This document shows, piece after piece, positions 49,671 through 61,384 of a stretch of DNA of 62,231 nt. Under the pieces are notes generated by a model. It searched no databases. It was given only the letters and a program-made list of their open reading frames with translations, and had not been told where the DNA came from. The translations under genes and the position numbers were made by a program. Origin of the DNA: Chiloscyllium plagiosum (lineage: Eukaryota); assembly GCF_004010195.1 (NCBI RefSeq), contig NC_057718.1, positions 90,403,758 through 90,465,988 of the forward strand. Direction: 5' to 3'. The stretch's first letter is position 1; the number at the start of each line of letters is the position of its first letter.

Positions 49671-49764
49671 GTACCTTGAACATCACATGGTGCTCAACTG
49701 GACCTGGTTGTGAGCATCTGGGAATGGTGATCACCAACCATCTGCCCTGGCTCACCCATGTTGG

Positions 49765-50320
49765 CTTTCCAGTCAAGAAAGCATAACAGTGTCTCTACTT
49801 CCTCACGAGGCTCAGGAGACTTGGCATGCCCATAAAATCAGTTACCAATTTTTATAGATGCACCATCCGGAAGCATCTATCCAGGACCATAAGAAACTAC
49901 AGAGAGTTGTGAGTGCAGCCCAGTCCATCACACAAACCAACCTTCCATCCATTGACTCCATCTACATCTCTCGTTGCCTCAGGAAGGCAGCCAACATCAT
50001 CAAAGACCCCTCCCACCCCGGTTATAATCTCTTCCACCCTCTTCCATTGTGCAGAAGATAGAAAAGCTTAAATACACGTACTGATAGATTCAAGAACAGT
50101 TTCTTCCCTGCTGAATGGATCTCTCACATTTTAAATTTGATGTTGATCTCGCTGACTGTGCACCTTCTCTGGAGCTGTAACATGGTGTTCCTCACTCCTT
50201 TCTAATACCCAATGCACTTTTTACGATATGATCTGCCTTTACTGCACACAAAACAAAGCTTTTCACAGTATCTAGGCATATGTGACAATAACGAAACAAA
50301 TCAAATCCAATCAGTCAAAT
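49765..50320 (+). mobile_element. Rex1/Babar LINE 3' fragment
   Basis: LYFLTRLRRLGM; DHKKLQRVVSAAQSIT...KAANIIKDPSHPG. Confidence 0.85.
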
Positions 50321-50514
50321 GCAGTAATAACTTGTAGTTACGGACCAACTTATATACACATCCCTACTCCAGCAGGTAGTGCTCTAGACTGCTCACAGCT
50401 GCTGCCCGTGTATCATCCTGGTCTTTGACATGTTATCATCCTCAGCTTTAAAACAGTGAGAGTATAGCTCCGGTCTGGAATGCATTGCCCTAGAGTGTGC
50501 TGAAGGCAAATTCA

Positions 50515-50687
50515 AGATTAGAGTGGTGCTGGAAAAGCACAGCAGGTCAGGCAGCATCCAAGGATGAAGGGCTCCTGCCTGAAATGATGACTCTCCTGCT
50601 CCTCGGATGCTGCCTGACCTGCTGTGCTTTTCCAGCACCACTCTAATCTTGACGCTAATCTCCAGCATCCTCAGTGCCCACTTCTGC
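50515..50687. mobile_element. Miniature fold-back PLE, family A
   Basis: Inverted arms; TSD ctgaaggcaaattca / ctgaaggcagattca (50500-50514, 50688-50702). Confidence 0.87.
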
Positions 50688-50924
50688 CTGAAGGCAGATT
50701 CAGCCATTGTTTTCAAAATAGAGTTGGATAGTTATTAGAATAGAAAAGGCTTGTCTCTCTCCAGGGAGAGGTGAGGAATTGGGCAGAGGTAAGTGACTCC
50801 TGCAGAAGGTTGGCACAGATAAACCAGGCTGCTTTCTGAGCTGTATTCATTCAATGGGAAAAGGAATAGATATCATTTATTGGGATTATATTCCATCTGC
50901 CGTTGCTCTGCCCAATTTACCCCA

Positions 50925-51052
50925 GGAGAAAGTGAGGTCTGTAGATGCTGGAGATCAGAGCTGAAAATGTGTTGCTGGAAAAGCGCAGCAGGTCAGGCAG
51001 CATCCAGGGAACAGGAGAATCGACGTGTCGGGCATAAGCCCTTCTTCAGGAA
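50925..51052 (-). mobile_element. 128-bp single-arm PLE family A unit
   Basis: Perfect TSD ccaatttaccccag (50912-50925, 51053-51066); begins ttcctgaagaagggcttatgccc on -. Confidence 0.9.
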
Positions 51053-52689
51053 CCAATTTACCCCAGCTGGTCAGTATCAGACTGAGACCATCCTCCTCAC
51101 TCTCAACAATGTCCAGCAATTTTCACGTCCTCTGCAAACTTATTCATTACACCTTCTACTTTTCACAGCAAGTCATTAGTGCACGTAATAAACAGCAAGG
51201 GACCCAGCACCGATCCCTATGGTACACTTCTGGTCATGGGTGTGCAATAATCAAAACAACCCTCCACCACCACCTGTTGTTTGCCCCTTGTTTGTAATCC
51301 GGTTTTGGATTGAGTTGGCCAACTTACCTTGGATTCCATGGGCTCTTACCTTTTGGACCAGCCTTCCATGTGGGACCTTCTCAAAGCCCTTATTGGTGTC
51401 TAGGTAATCCAAGTTGACTGCACTACCCTCATCAATATAGTTAGTCACCTGTTCAAAAAAAACCTCAAATTACTCAGCGAGACTCTCCCTCTACCAAATC
51501 TGAGCTGACCATCCCTGCCAATCCAAGTGTTGATTAATCCTGCCCTTCAGAATTTTTTCTAATAGTTTTCCTTCCACTGATTTTAGACTAACTGTTCTGA
51601 CCTATCCCTGCTGCTTTACTTGAACAAAGGAGCCACATTAGCTATCCTCCAGTCATCTGGCTATTCCCCAGTGGCCAGCGAACTATTACATCTCTCCACC
51701 AAGGCTCCAGCAGCCTCCTCCCTTGCCTTAGATAGTCTGGGATGCATCTCATCAGTCCCTGAGGGTTTATTCACCTTTATCCCTGCTGAAACATCTAATA
51801 CCTGTTCTTTATTAATTTTAATACGTTCTAGAACCTCACCACCCCAACTGAAATCTCCAGCTACAATGTCTTTCATTTCTGTGATTACGAAGAGAAATAT
51901 TCATTTAAGACCTCACTCATGCCCATTGACTCCAAACATAGATTGCCCCTTTAGTCTATAATAGGCCCCAGCCATTCCTTGGGTAACTCTTGTATTTTTC
52001 CTAAACTTACAAAGCTTTCCTAAACTTGGTGTCTTCCCTGGTCTCTTCTGCCAAAACGATTTCCCTCTTTGTCCTCCTAATTTCCTTTTTGAGAACCTCC
52101 TTGACTCTCTATACTTTTGAAGGGCCTCCCTATTTTTAATGCACTGTATCAGATATCTGCTTCCTTCCTTTTTGCTATCAAATTCTCAATCTCCCTTGAT
52201 ATTCAGGGTTCATCTAGGACCTCTGCCCCTGCCCTTCACTCTCAGAAGAACACACTGGTCCTGAATTCTCATTACACTACTTTAAAAGGACTTTGTTTGA
52301 CAGGTATTGTCCAATGACTTTGAAATTGGCCTTCCCCCCAGTTTATACACTTAACTTCTGTACTATCCTTACCCTTTCCCAGAAAGAACTTTGAAAGTTA
52401 CAAAATTACGATCAAAATGCGGAAACTTCAACCACTTGCCTGCCTTCATTCCCCAGGATTAGGTCTGCACTGCTCCATTGCTCACGCACTGGCACAAGAA
52501 AGTTTCCTGGATGCATTTTGAAAATTCCACGTATCTAATCCTTTCACGCTAAGGTGATCCCAGTTCAGGTTCACAAAGTTGAAATTCCCTGCGATTATAA
52601 CCCTGTTTCTCTCACTGCTTTCTGTGATTTGCTGACCGTGACTGTTGGGAGACTGCAGTGTGATCTCAGTAAAATAACCACCCACTGTT

Positions 52690-52985
52690 TTAGATTAGAT
52701 TCCCTACAGTGTGGAAACAGGCCCTTCAGCCTAACCAGTCCACACAGCCTCCGAAGAGTAACCCACTCAGACCCATTTCCCTCTGATTAACGCATCTAAC
52801 ACTATGGGCAATTTAGCATGGCAATCCACCTGACCTGCACATCTTTGGACTGTGGGAGGAAACCAGAGCACCCAGAGGAAGACCACGCAGACACGGGGAG
52901 AACGTGCAAACTCCACACAGTCGCCCTGGAATATCGGGTCCCTGGCACTGAGAGGCTGCAGTGCTAACTACTGAGTCACCGTGCA
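52690..52985 (-). mobile_element. HE1/V-SINE
   Basis: Reverse-complement HE1 nested in CR1. Confidence 0.88.
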
Positions 52986-54006
52986 GTCCTACGGTGCTTT
53001 TATTTCTAAGCTTTACCCAAATGGCCTCAGGTGAAGACATCCTCCCTCATTGCTGCAGCGCTGGTTCCTTTATCAATAATCGAATGCCCCCACCTCTCTG
53101 ATTCCCCCACCCTCCACTATTGTTGGATAGACATATGGATGGAAATGGAATAGTGTAGGATAGATGGACTTCAGATTGGTTTCACAGGTCAGCACAACAT
53201 TGAGGGCCGAAGGGCCTGTACTGCACTGTAATGTTCTATGTTCTATCGTGCCTGAAACCTCTACACCCTGGAATGTTGAGCTGCCAGCCCTATCCTTCTT
53301 TCAACCATGTCTCAGCGATTGCAACAATATTATACTTCCATGTGTTGGTCAATGCTCTAAGTTTTTAACCAGTCAGATTTCTTGCATTAAAAAGATCCCA
53401 TTTAGTTTTCTCGATCTCCATGTGTCTTCTCCATGTGCTGGACTGTCCTAGCATTCCTCCTATAACCGATTGGACTTTCCTTCTGACATTACATCTACCC
53501 TGCCAAATTAGTGTAAAACCTCCCCAACAACACAAGCAAACCTCCCAGCAATGATATTGGACTCATTCTGATTCAATACCTATTCAGTTTGTACATCTAC
53601 CCCAGAAGCTGTCCCAATGATCCAAAAATCTAAAGCCCTCCCTCGTCACCATCCTTTTGGCCACGTGATCATTTGGCCTATCTTCCTGCTCCTATACTCA
53701 GTAGCACGCGGCACTGTAAGTAATCTGGAGATTACAACCTGATCAAACTTCCTCTTTAATCTACAACTCAACTCTTTAAATTCCTGCTTCAGGACGTCAT
53801 TTCTTTTCTCATCCATGTCACTGGCACTGACATGTACCACAACAGCTGGCTGCTTACTCTGCTCCTTCAGAATGCCCAGCCTGGTGCCAGGGGCAACATA
53901 CCATTCAAGAGTCTCATTTTCTGCTACAGCCATCAGCTCCCCTTATGGTCGAGTCCTCTATCATTAAGATCAAGTCAGATTCCTTGGGTACTTTATAAAA
54001 AAATGG

Positions 54007-54137
54007 GCAAAAGTGAGGACTGCAGATGCTGGAGATCAGAGATGCTAGATTAGGGCCTTTGCCTGAAACGTCGATTTTCCTACTCCTCAGATGCTGCCTG
54101 ACTTGCTGCGCTTTTCTAGCACCACTCTAATCTAGAC
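54007..54137. mobile_element. Miniature PLE family A: inverted tail plus arm
   Basis: Degenerate TSD tactttataaaaaaatgg / tactttctaaaaatgg (53989-54006, 54138-54153). Confidence 0.8.
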
Positions 54138-54217
54138 TACTTTCTAAAAATGGCAACAGAAAAGTCTCTGTCCCATAGTCTGTAATGAATGGGGTAGCAC
54201 AAGGTTTATCTATTGAT

Positions 54218-54490
54218 ATTAGATTACCTACAGTGTGGAAACAGGCCCTTCAGCCCAACAAGTCCACACCAACCCACCCAGACCTATTCCCCTAACTAAT
54301 AGACCTAACACCACGGGCTATTTAGCATAGCCAATTCACCTAACCTGCACATCTTTGGATTGTGGGAAAAAACCCACGCAGACACAGGGAGAATATGCAA
54401 ACTCCACACAGCCACCCAAGGTGGGAATTGAACCCAGGTCCCTGCTGCTGTGAAGCAACAGTGCTAACCACTGAGCCACTGTGCCACCCC
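54218..54490 (-). mobile_element. HE1/V-SINE
   Basis: Reverse-complement HE1. Confidence 0.88.
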
Positions 54491-54984
54491 AAAAAGGGGA
54501 GACAGATATGTTAACTTGTTCAGCCTTACCCTCAATGGTTGACTCCTGACTTTAGCTGTCCTGGTGGAAAACGTCCAAAATGACAACTGGGCCCATTGAT
54601 GCCAGAAAGAAAGAATAACGAACGAGGAGGTCACCTCTCGGACTGGTTTTGAGCCCCTCCCAGTGGATTGGTTTCACCACTGCATCTTAAATGGCTTTGT
54701 GCTTGACTGAGGGAGGAAGAGGGTGTGATAGAATCATAGAACCCCTACAGGGCAGAAAAATAAGTCTGCGGTGAAAACAAATAAGCATGATCTGATGTGC
54801 ATTAAAGCTAAACCCCATGCTGTGTCTAATGTTTAATTAACAGCGGAATGCTGTTCCCCACCGTTGGAACACTTGGTCAAAATATAACTCTGCTCTCTTC
54901 CCCGACAGCACGCTGCAAGTTATGGGATGTCACCACAGGCAACCTGAGAAAATACAAATAGCTGACTATTTACTTATTGCTGGG

Positions 54985-55602
54985 GGTGGCACGGTGGCTC
55001 AGTGGCTCAGTGGTTAGCACTGCTGCCTCACAGCACCAACGACCCAGGTTCGATTCCAGCCTTGGGTGACTGTGTGGAGTTTGCACATTCTCCCCGTGTC
55101 TGTGTGGGTTTCCTCTGGTTTCCTCCCGCACTCCAAAGATGTGCAGGGCAGGTGAATTGGCCATGCTAAATTGCCTGTAGTGTTAAGGTGCATTAGTCAG
55201 AGGGATGTGGGTCGGGTCGGGGGGGGCAGGGTTTCTCTTTGGAGCGTCGGTGTGAACTTGTTGGGCTGAAGGGCGTGTTTCCATACTGTAGGGAAGCTAA
55301 TACGGCCGGCACAGTGGCTCAGTGGTTAGCACTGCTGCCTCACAGCACCAGGGTCCAGGTTCAATTCCAGCCTCGGGCACCTGTCTGTGTGGAGTCTGCG
55401 TGGGTTTCCTCCGGGTGCTCTGGTTTCCTCCCACAGTCCAAAGATGTGCAGGTCAGGTGAATTGGCCATGCTAAATTGCCATAGTGACTAATTGCATTAG
55501 TCAGAGGGAAGTGGGTCTGGATGGGTTACTCTTCGGAGGGTCGGTGTGGACTGGTTGGGCCAAAGACCCTATTTCCACACTGTAGGGAATCTAATCTAAT
55601 CT
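54985..55602 (+). mobile_element. Two head-to-tail HE1 SINEs (about 54985-55280 and 55305-55602)
   Basis: Two sets of A/B boxes, V cores and tails. Confidence 0.88.
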
Positions 55603-55619
55603 AGTTTATATATCCTGCT

Positions 55620-56075
55620 TGCTGGGATGTATTTTCACCCACCATCCAGATAATATGCTACCTTTCTTGCTTCCAAAACTGACATTTTTGTATCTTCCAA
55701 CATGGCACTCCAATTGCCAGATCTTTGTCTGCCCTCTTCTCCTATCCATGTGTTTTTGTAGCTTCCTCATGTCGCCCTCACACCTTACCATGCTATTTAT
55801 TGGTGCATCAACAGCAAATTTAGAACCTAACCCTCCATCCTTTCGTCTTTGTCCATTGAGCTTCTACATTGATCCCTGTGGCAAACTGCTGGTTACCCCT
55901 TGCCAGGCTGAAAAAGATCAATTTCTCTTCCACTTCCTGTCAGCCAAGCAAACTTCTACCTCTGCCATTATAATAACCCCAACACCATGCGTTTTTATTT
56001 TCATCAATATCCTTTGAATTGGCACCTTATCAATCTTAGTACATCCACTGGCTTTCTCTTTATCCACAGCCAATG
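55620..56075 (-). mobile_element. Old CR1 RT fragment
   Basis: LQKHMDR...KIWQLECHVG; ctaaatttgctgttgatgca (KFA-D-like). Confidence 0.6.
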
Positions 56076-56114
56076 TTTCCTCCTCAAAGAATAGATGGGA
56101 TGTGGTTCATCAGG

Positions 56115-56524
56115 GCGGAAGTTGGGTACTGCAGATGCTGGAGATTAGAGTCAAGATTAGAGTGGTGCTGGAAAAACACAGCAGATCAGGCAGCATCCGA
56201 GGAGCAGGAAAATCGACGTTTCGGGCAAAAGCCCTTCATCAGGAATGCGAACGTCAATTTTCCTGTTCCTCGGATGCTGCCTGACCTGCTGTGCTTTTCC
56301 AGTACCACTCTAATCTAGACTCTGATCTCCAGCATCTGCAGTCCTCACTTTTGCTGCTGGAGATTAGAGTCAAGATTAGAGCGGTGCTGGAAAAGCACAG
56401 CAGGTCAGGCAGCATCCGAGGAGTAGGAAAATTGACATTTCGAGCAAAAGCCTTTCATCAGACATCTGAGGATGCTGCCTAACCTGCTGTGCTTTTCCAG
56501 CACCACTCTAATCTTGACTCTGAA
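56115..56524. mobile_element. Four-arm PLE family A array (two fold-backs)
   Basis: Arms in -,+,-,+ order; outer TSD gttcatcagg (56105-56114, 56525-56534). Confidence 0.87.
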
Positions 56525-57144
56525 GTTCATCAGGACCTAGGCATTTTCAGCCAGTAACTCCAGCAACTTATTCTGACCCCTTGCATGTAAATTTCCTGAA
56601 TTCCTCCCTCCTTCCCATTTCCACTGCCTCACTCAAGAAGGAGGTTTTTAAGAGGCTGGAAGATGAATGGATCAAGGGACGGAGCTTTTTGAAGGGGAAC
56701 GCCTGAGTTTTGGGCGGGGGGGAGGGCTGACGGCCAGATTTATTTTGGGGAGAAGGTGAGAGGTTGGCTTTGGCAATTATCAAACGTCTCGGGTGAAGTA
56801 GAATCGGGCCCAATGGTTGTGGAGGCAGTCTGAATGAAGGCGATGATGGCGGTGAGGCTGATAGGCTGGAGAATCCACCTCCATTCACTGGGACATTAGC
56901 CATGCCATTGCAGTGAATGTCAGGCCTTCACACATACTCTTGTGAGGACAGACATGTTGTTGGCATCACACTGCTCCTTGAGAAAAGTTCGCCAGTTTTG
57001 AATTGAGTATTTACGAGGTTTCTGGAGGACCTAACTCTCTCAAAAGGTGGGATTTTCCTGTACTATGTGTTCCCTGCTGTTACGGGATTGAGTTTTCTTT
57101 CTTCAGTCAGTCCTATCACATGCTATTTAGTTCATAAACATTGC

Positions 57145-58277
57145 GACTACAAAGCCAAGGACTCCCATAGCTACCTTCACTACAGTTCGTCACACCCCAC
57201 ATCCTGCAAGAACTCCAGTCCATTCTCCCAGTTCCTTCGCCTACGTTGCATCTGTTCGGATGATACCAAACTTCCAAAACAATGCTGCTGACATGGCTTG
57301 CTTCTTCCATGACTATGGTTTCCCACCCACTGTGGTTGACAGGGTGCTCAACCACATCCAACCTATCACTCACGTTTCCGCCCTTGCCCCTTCCCATCAC
57401 TCACAACAGAGAGATCAGGTTTCCCTTGTCCTCACTTTTCATCCCACCAATCTCTGCATTCAGCAGATCATTCTCCGCCATTTCAAACAACTCCAGTAGA
57501 ATGCCACCACCAAACACATCCTCCCCTCACTGCCCTGGTCTGCATTTTGCAGGGATCATTCCCTCTGGGACACTCTAGTTCATTCCACAACCACCAACAT
57601 CAACCACTTTTCCATTGGCACCTCCTGACGTAACTGTAGAAGGTGCAACACCTGCCCCTTCTCCTCCTCCCTGCTCACCATCCAAGGGCCGACACAGTCT
57701 TTCCAGGTGAAGCAACATTTCACCTGTACATCCCCCAATCCTGTGTATTGTATTCGCTGCACCTAATCTGGCCTACTCTCCACTGGAGAAACCAGACGCG
57801 GACTGGGTGACCGCTTGGCGGAATACCTCCAGTCTGTACACAAACATGACCCCCTGACCTTCCCATAGCTAGTTATTTTAACACTATGTCCTGCTCACGT
57901 GCCCATGTGTATGTTCGCGGGATGCTGCAGTGCTCCAGTGAATCACAGCACAGACTAGAGGAACAACATCTCATCTTCAGACTAGGTACTTCACAGCCTT
58001 CTGGGCTCAGTATTGAGTTCAACACTTTCAGATTGTGAACCCATTCTTTCCCTTTAACCTCTTTTCTCTCCCAGCACTCCAAACTACCCCCCTACCCCAC
58101 TGCCCCCCACTGTAGTATAAATGCTGCCCCTCTCCACACTTCACCAGCTCTGATGATAGGTCGGTTAGACTCAAAATGCTAGCTTGCTCCCTCTCCATGG
58201 ATATTTCTGACCCGCTCTGATCACCGGCATTTGTTGTTTTCAATACAGATTCCAGCATCTGCAGTAATTTGCTCCTA
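57145..58277 (+). mobile_element. Long PLE, C-like: RT C-terminus, GIY-YIG and 3' HHR module
   Basis: YKAKDSHSYLHYSSSHP...SQFLRLRCICS; HFTCTSPNPVYCIRC; LEEQHLIFRLGT; ctgatgataggtcggttagactcaaaa at about 58150. Confidence 0.88.
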
Positions 58278-58315
58278 TATTCTAGTTATGAAGCTGTACA
58301 TAATTTCCATTATTG

Positions 58316-58549
58316 TCATTCTCCCCGTGTCTGCGTGGGTTTCCTCCGGGTGCTCCGGTTTCCTCCCACAGTCCAAAGAATGTGCAGGTTAGGTGAATTG
58401 GCCATGCTCAATTGCCCGTAGTGTTAGGTGCAGGGGTAAATGTAGGGGAATGGGTCCGGGTGGGTGCACTTCGGAGGGTCGGTGTGGGCTTGTTGGGCTG
58501 AAGGACCTGTTTCCACACTGTAAGTAATCTAGTAATCTAGTAATCTAGT
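58316..58549 (+). mobile_element. HE1 SINE, 5'-truncated, (taatctag)n tail
   Basis: V core and 3' end. Confidence 0.9.
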
Positions 58550-58714
58550 CTGCTAGTTTTGATGCAAAGGTCTTTCGTTCAATGAACGGTGACTATTTTT
58601 GACAGTAGCCTGAGGAAACATGGTCGTAGTTACAATATTTTTAGATGTTGTCTTATTCCAATTTTGAAAATATTATAAAACCTGAAAATTACTCAGATCA
58701 CGATTTGGGTGAAA

Positions 58715-59800
58715 GCAGTCAGGAAGCACTTCAGAGGTCCAGGACTTCCAGGTGACCGCCCTCCAAGCAGACGCTGACAGCCAAGGTTGGTACCCGTGGG
58801 AAAGGCCTCAACCAGGACCTTGGGTTCACATCACACTACAGGTGACCCCACTAAACACACACACATACACACACTCACGGACACACACACACTCATGCAC
58901 ACGCACACACACACACACACTCACAGACACACACTCACGGACACACACTCACGGACACACACACACTCACACACACACTCACGGACACACACACACACAC
59001 ATGCACACACACATATATGTTTGTGGGATGAATGTGTCCTTGCACAATTACATTTTATTTTGCTCAAAAACTGCATGATTCCATGTAAGATCCTGAAAAT
59101 TCCCTTTTTTAGATGAGAATCAGTCTGAACATTGGGGCACACACACACTCATGCACACACACACTCACGCACACACACACACACACTCACAAGCACACAC
59201 ACACACTCACAGGCACACACACTCTCATGCACACACACACTCGCACACACACACATGCACACACACTCACGGACACATACACACACACACACTCACGGAC
59301 ACACACACACTCACATGCACACACACATATATGTTTGTGGGATGAATGTGTCCTTGCACAATTACATTTTATTTTGCTCAAAAACTGCATGATTCCATGT
59401 AAGATCCTGAAAATTCCCTTTTTTAGATGAGAATCAGTCTGAACATTGGGGCACAGACGGACAGACTTTAACCTCACACCTTCAATGTACTATCTGAGCT
59501 GACATGCCACCTATTGTTAAAGTTCATTTGAGAATGTAACTTTTAAAAAAGTTATGGGATTTATATATGAAAGAACTGAAACCAACATGGTCATTCTAAA
59601 AGATGAGAGACTTAACAAACAACCCTGGTCATTTTCAATATATAATTTCAGTTGCATCACACTGTAAATGTTTGCTATGAATTCTGCGTGTTACAATCTT
59701 ATTCTCCACAACCACCTGATGAAGGAGCAGTGCTCCAAAAGCTAGTGCTTCCAAATAAACCTGTTGGACTATAACCTGGTGTTGTGTGATTTTTAACTTT
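58715..59800 (+). mobile_element. Long PLE family B 3' part with internal tandem duplication
   Basis: Homologous to 48701-49600; HHR at 59713-59747 with GAAA changed to AAAA. Confidence 0.88.
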
Positions 59801-59934
59801 AATGAAAGGAGTTATAAATCTGGCCTCACGGTTGAAAAGAAAAAAATTGCAGAACATCAGTAAGGAGTTTGCAGATAAGACTCTGCTGGTTTAGTGAACA
59901 CTATTATCCCTGGAGGGATAATGTTTAACTTTCC

Positions 59935-60570
59935 AACGGATGTGAGTGTCTCTGGCAAGACCAACATTTCTTGCCCAACTCCAAACTGTCCTTGAGCTGT
60001 GCGGCTTGCTAGGCCAGTTGAAGAGCTTTTAAAAATCATCCCCACGTTGCTGGGCACCTGGAGTCACAAGTAGGGCAGACCGGGTAAGATTGGCAGATTT
60101 CCTTCGCTAAAAGGACGTTAGTAAAGCAGATTTTATTTTTATGACGATTGAGGTTAGTTTTATGGTCACCATTACTAAGACTAACCTTGTGTTCCGGATT
60201 TTATTAATTGAATTAAATTTCGTAGGGTTGTTCTCCTCGTGTCTGTGTGGGATTCCTCCAGGTGCTCTGGTTACCTCCTGTAGATGTGCAATTTAGGTGA
60301 ATAGGCCGTGCTAAATTGCCCCATAGTGTCCAGGGATTTGCAGGTTTGGTGGATTGGCCATGGGGAATGCAGGGTTACAGGGAGAGGGTAGAGATGTTGG
60401 GTGTGAGTGGGATGCTGTTTGCAGGGTTGGTGCAGACTTGATGGGCCACATGGCCATGCTGTAGGGATTCTATGAATCGAGGGTCCATGGTGAGATTTAA
60501 ACTATGTTCTTAATGGTGTTAACTCAGACCTCTGGGAATACAAGTCAACAGTTATTGCCGCTGCAAACAC
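59935..60570 (-). mobile_element. Second SINE family copy interrupted by an HE1 fragment (+, about 60225-60475)
   Basis: ctggagtcacaagtagggcagaccgggtaagattggcagatttccttc. Confidence 0.7.
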
Positions 60571-60648
60571 CATGATGTGTGTTGCCCCTTGTCTTCATTG
60601 GGATTTTACCTGCAGTGGTGGCGACTGTATGCAGAGAGATGCCAACCA

Positions 60649-60664
60649 CTGCCACCTTGTGGTC
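60649..60664 (-). promoter_or_regulatory. Candidate CTCF motif
   Basis: gaccacaaggtggcag; one mismatch to CCASYAGRKGGCRS, in apparently non-repeat DNA. Confidence 0.35.
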
Positions 60665-61216
60665 GGAGTAGTTTGCTGCTACCATTCTCTTTTCATGACT
60701 GAGTCTAAGGACTTACTCATGAATCTTAATGACAAGAGGTTCTTGCCTTAAACATGATATAGGTTATTAATAAGTTAGACCAAAGACTATACAGATATAG
60801 GTCTTCATCCTACAAGGTCTGAAGATACTCTGCCTTTTCCACATTTAAGTCCTGCTGATATAATTAGATTGAGTGGAGTGTAATGCCATTTCCAACACTA
60901 TCCCCTTCATAATTATTACATTATAGAACATCTCTCCACCAGATATTTTCTCCTTCAATAGTTAATATTTATGCAACATTAGTACATTTATCACAATCCA
61001 TCTCTAGCCATCTGGACATTTCAAAATTCTTCCCGAATGTTTTCTCTTCAGACCTTAAAGATTGGTAGGTGTTTTGCTTGAGGAGTGCTGACCCTGACCC
61101 TGTGTAGTGAGTTCTCTCTATGCTGAAAGACATTTTATTTCTCCATGTCCTTTGCTGAGGTAGTCGGTCCAATACTTCACCTGTGGGACCTTCGACCTCC
61201 TGAGTCTCTTTCTCAG

Positions 61217-61384
61217 GTGCGGAGGTGCCGGTGTTGAACTGGGGTGTACAAAGTTACAAATCACACAACACCAGGTTATCATCCAACAGGTTTATTTGGA
61301 AGCACTAGCTGTTGATGTGCCTCGAAAGCTAATGCTTCCAAATAAACCTTTTGGACGATAACCTGGTGTGGTGTGATTTGTAAC
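61217..61384. mobile_element. Miniature fold-back PLE, family B
   Basis: Inverted arms; TSD ctctttctcag / ctcattctcag (61206-61216, 61384-61394). Confidence 0.85.

Larger units (their letters stand above)
50870..53940 (-). mobile_element. Long decayed CR1 LINE (ORF1 SGNH-esterase, endonuclease, RT)
   Basis: QPAVVVHVSASD...VVISRLLTVPRA (53646-53933); VIIAGNFNFVNLNWD; YLDTNKGFEKVPHGRL. Confidence 0.87.

Noticed and set aside
54530..54707. Minus-strand exon with an in-frame TGA as a possible selenoprotein
   Set aside because: No frame is fully open, and I saw no selenoprotein motif or SECIS evidence.
6042..61384. Palindromic elements as DNA-transposon MITEs
   Set aside because: TSDs vary from 9 to 16 bp, the arms are asymmetric, junctions differ per copy, and the sequence matches PLE 3' ends.
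6042..61384. CRISPR-like array from recurring palindromic repeats
   Set aside because: The repeats are dispersed, have no regular spacers or cas genes, and lie in vertebrate DNA.
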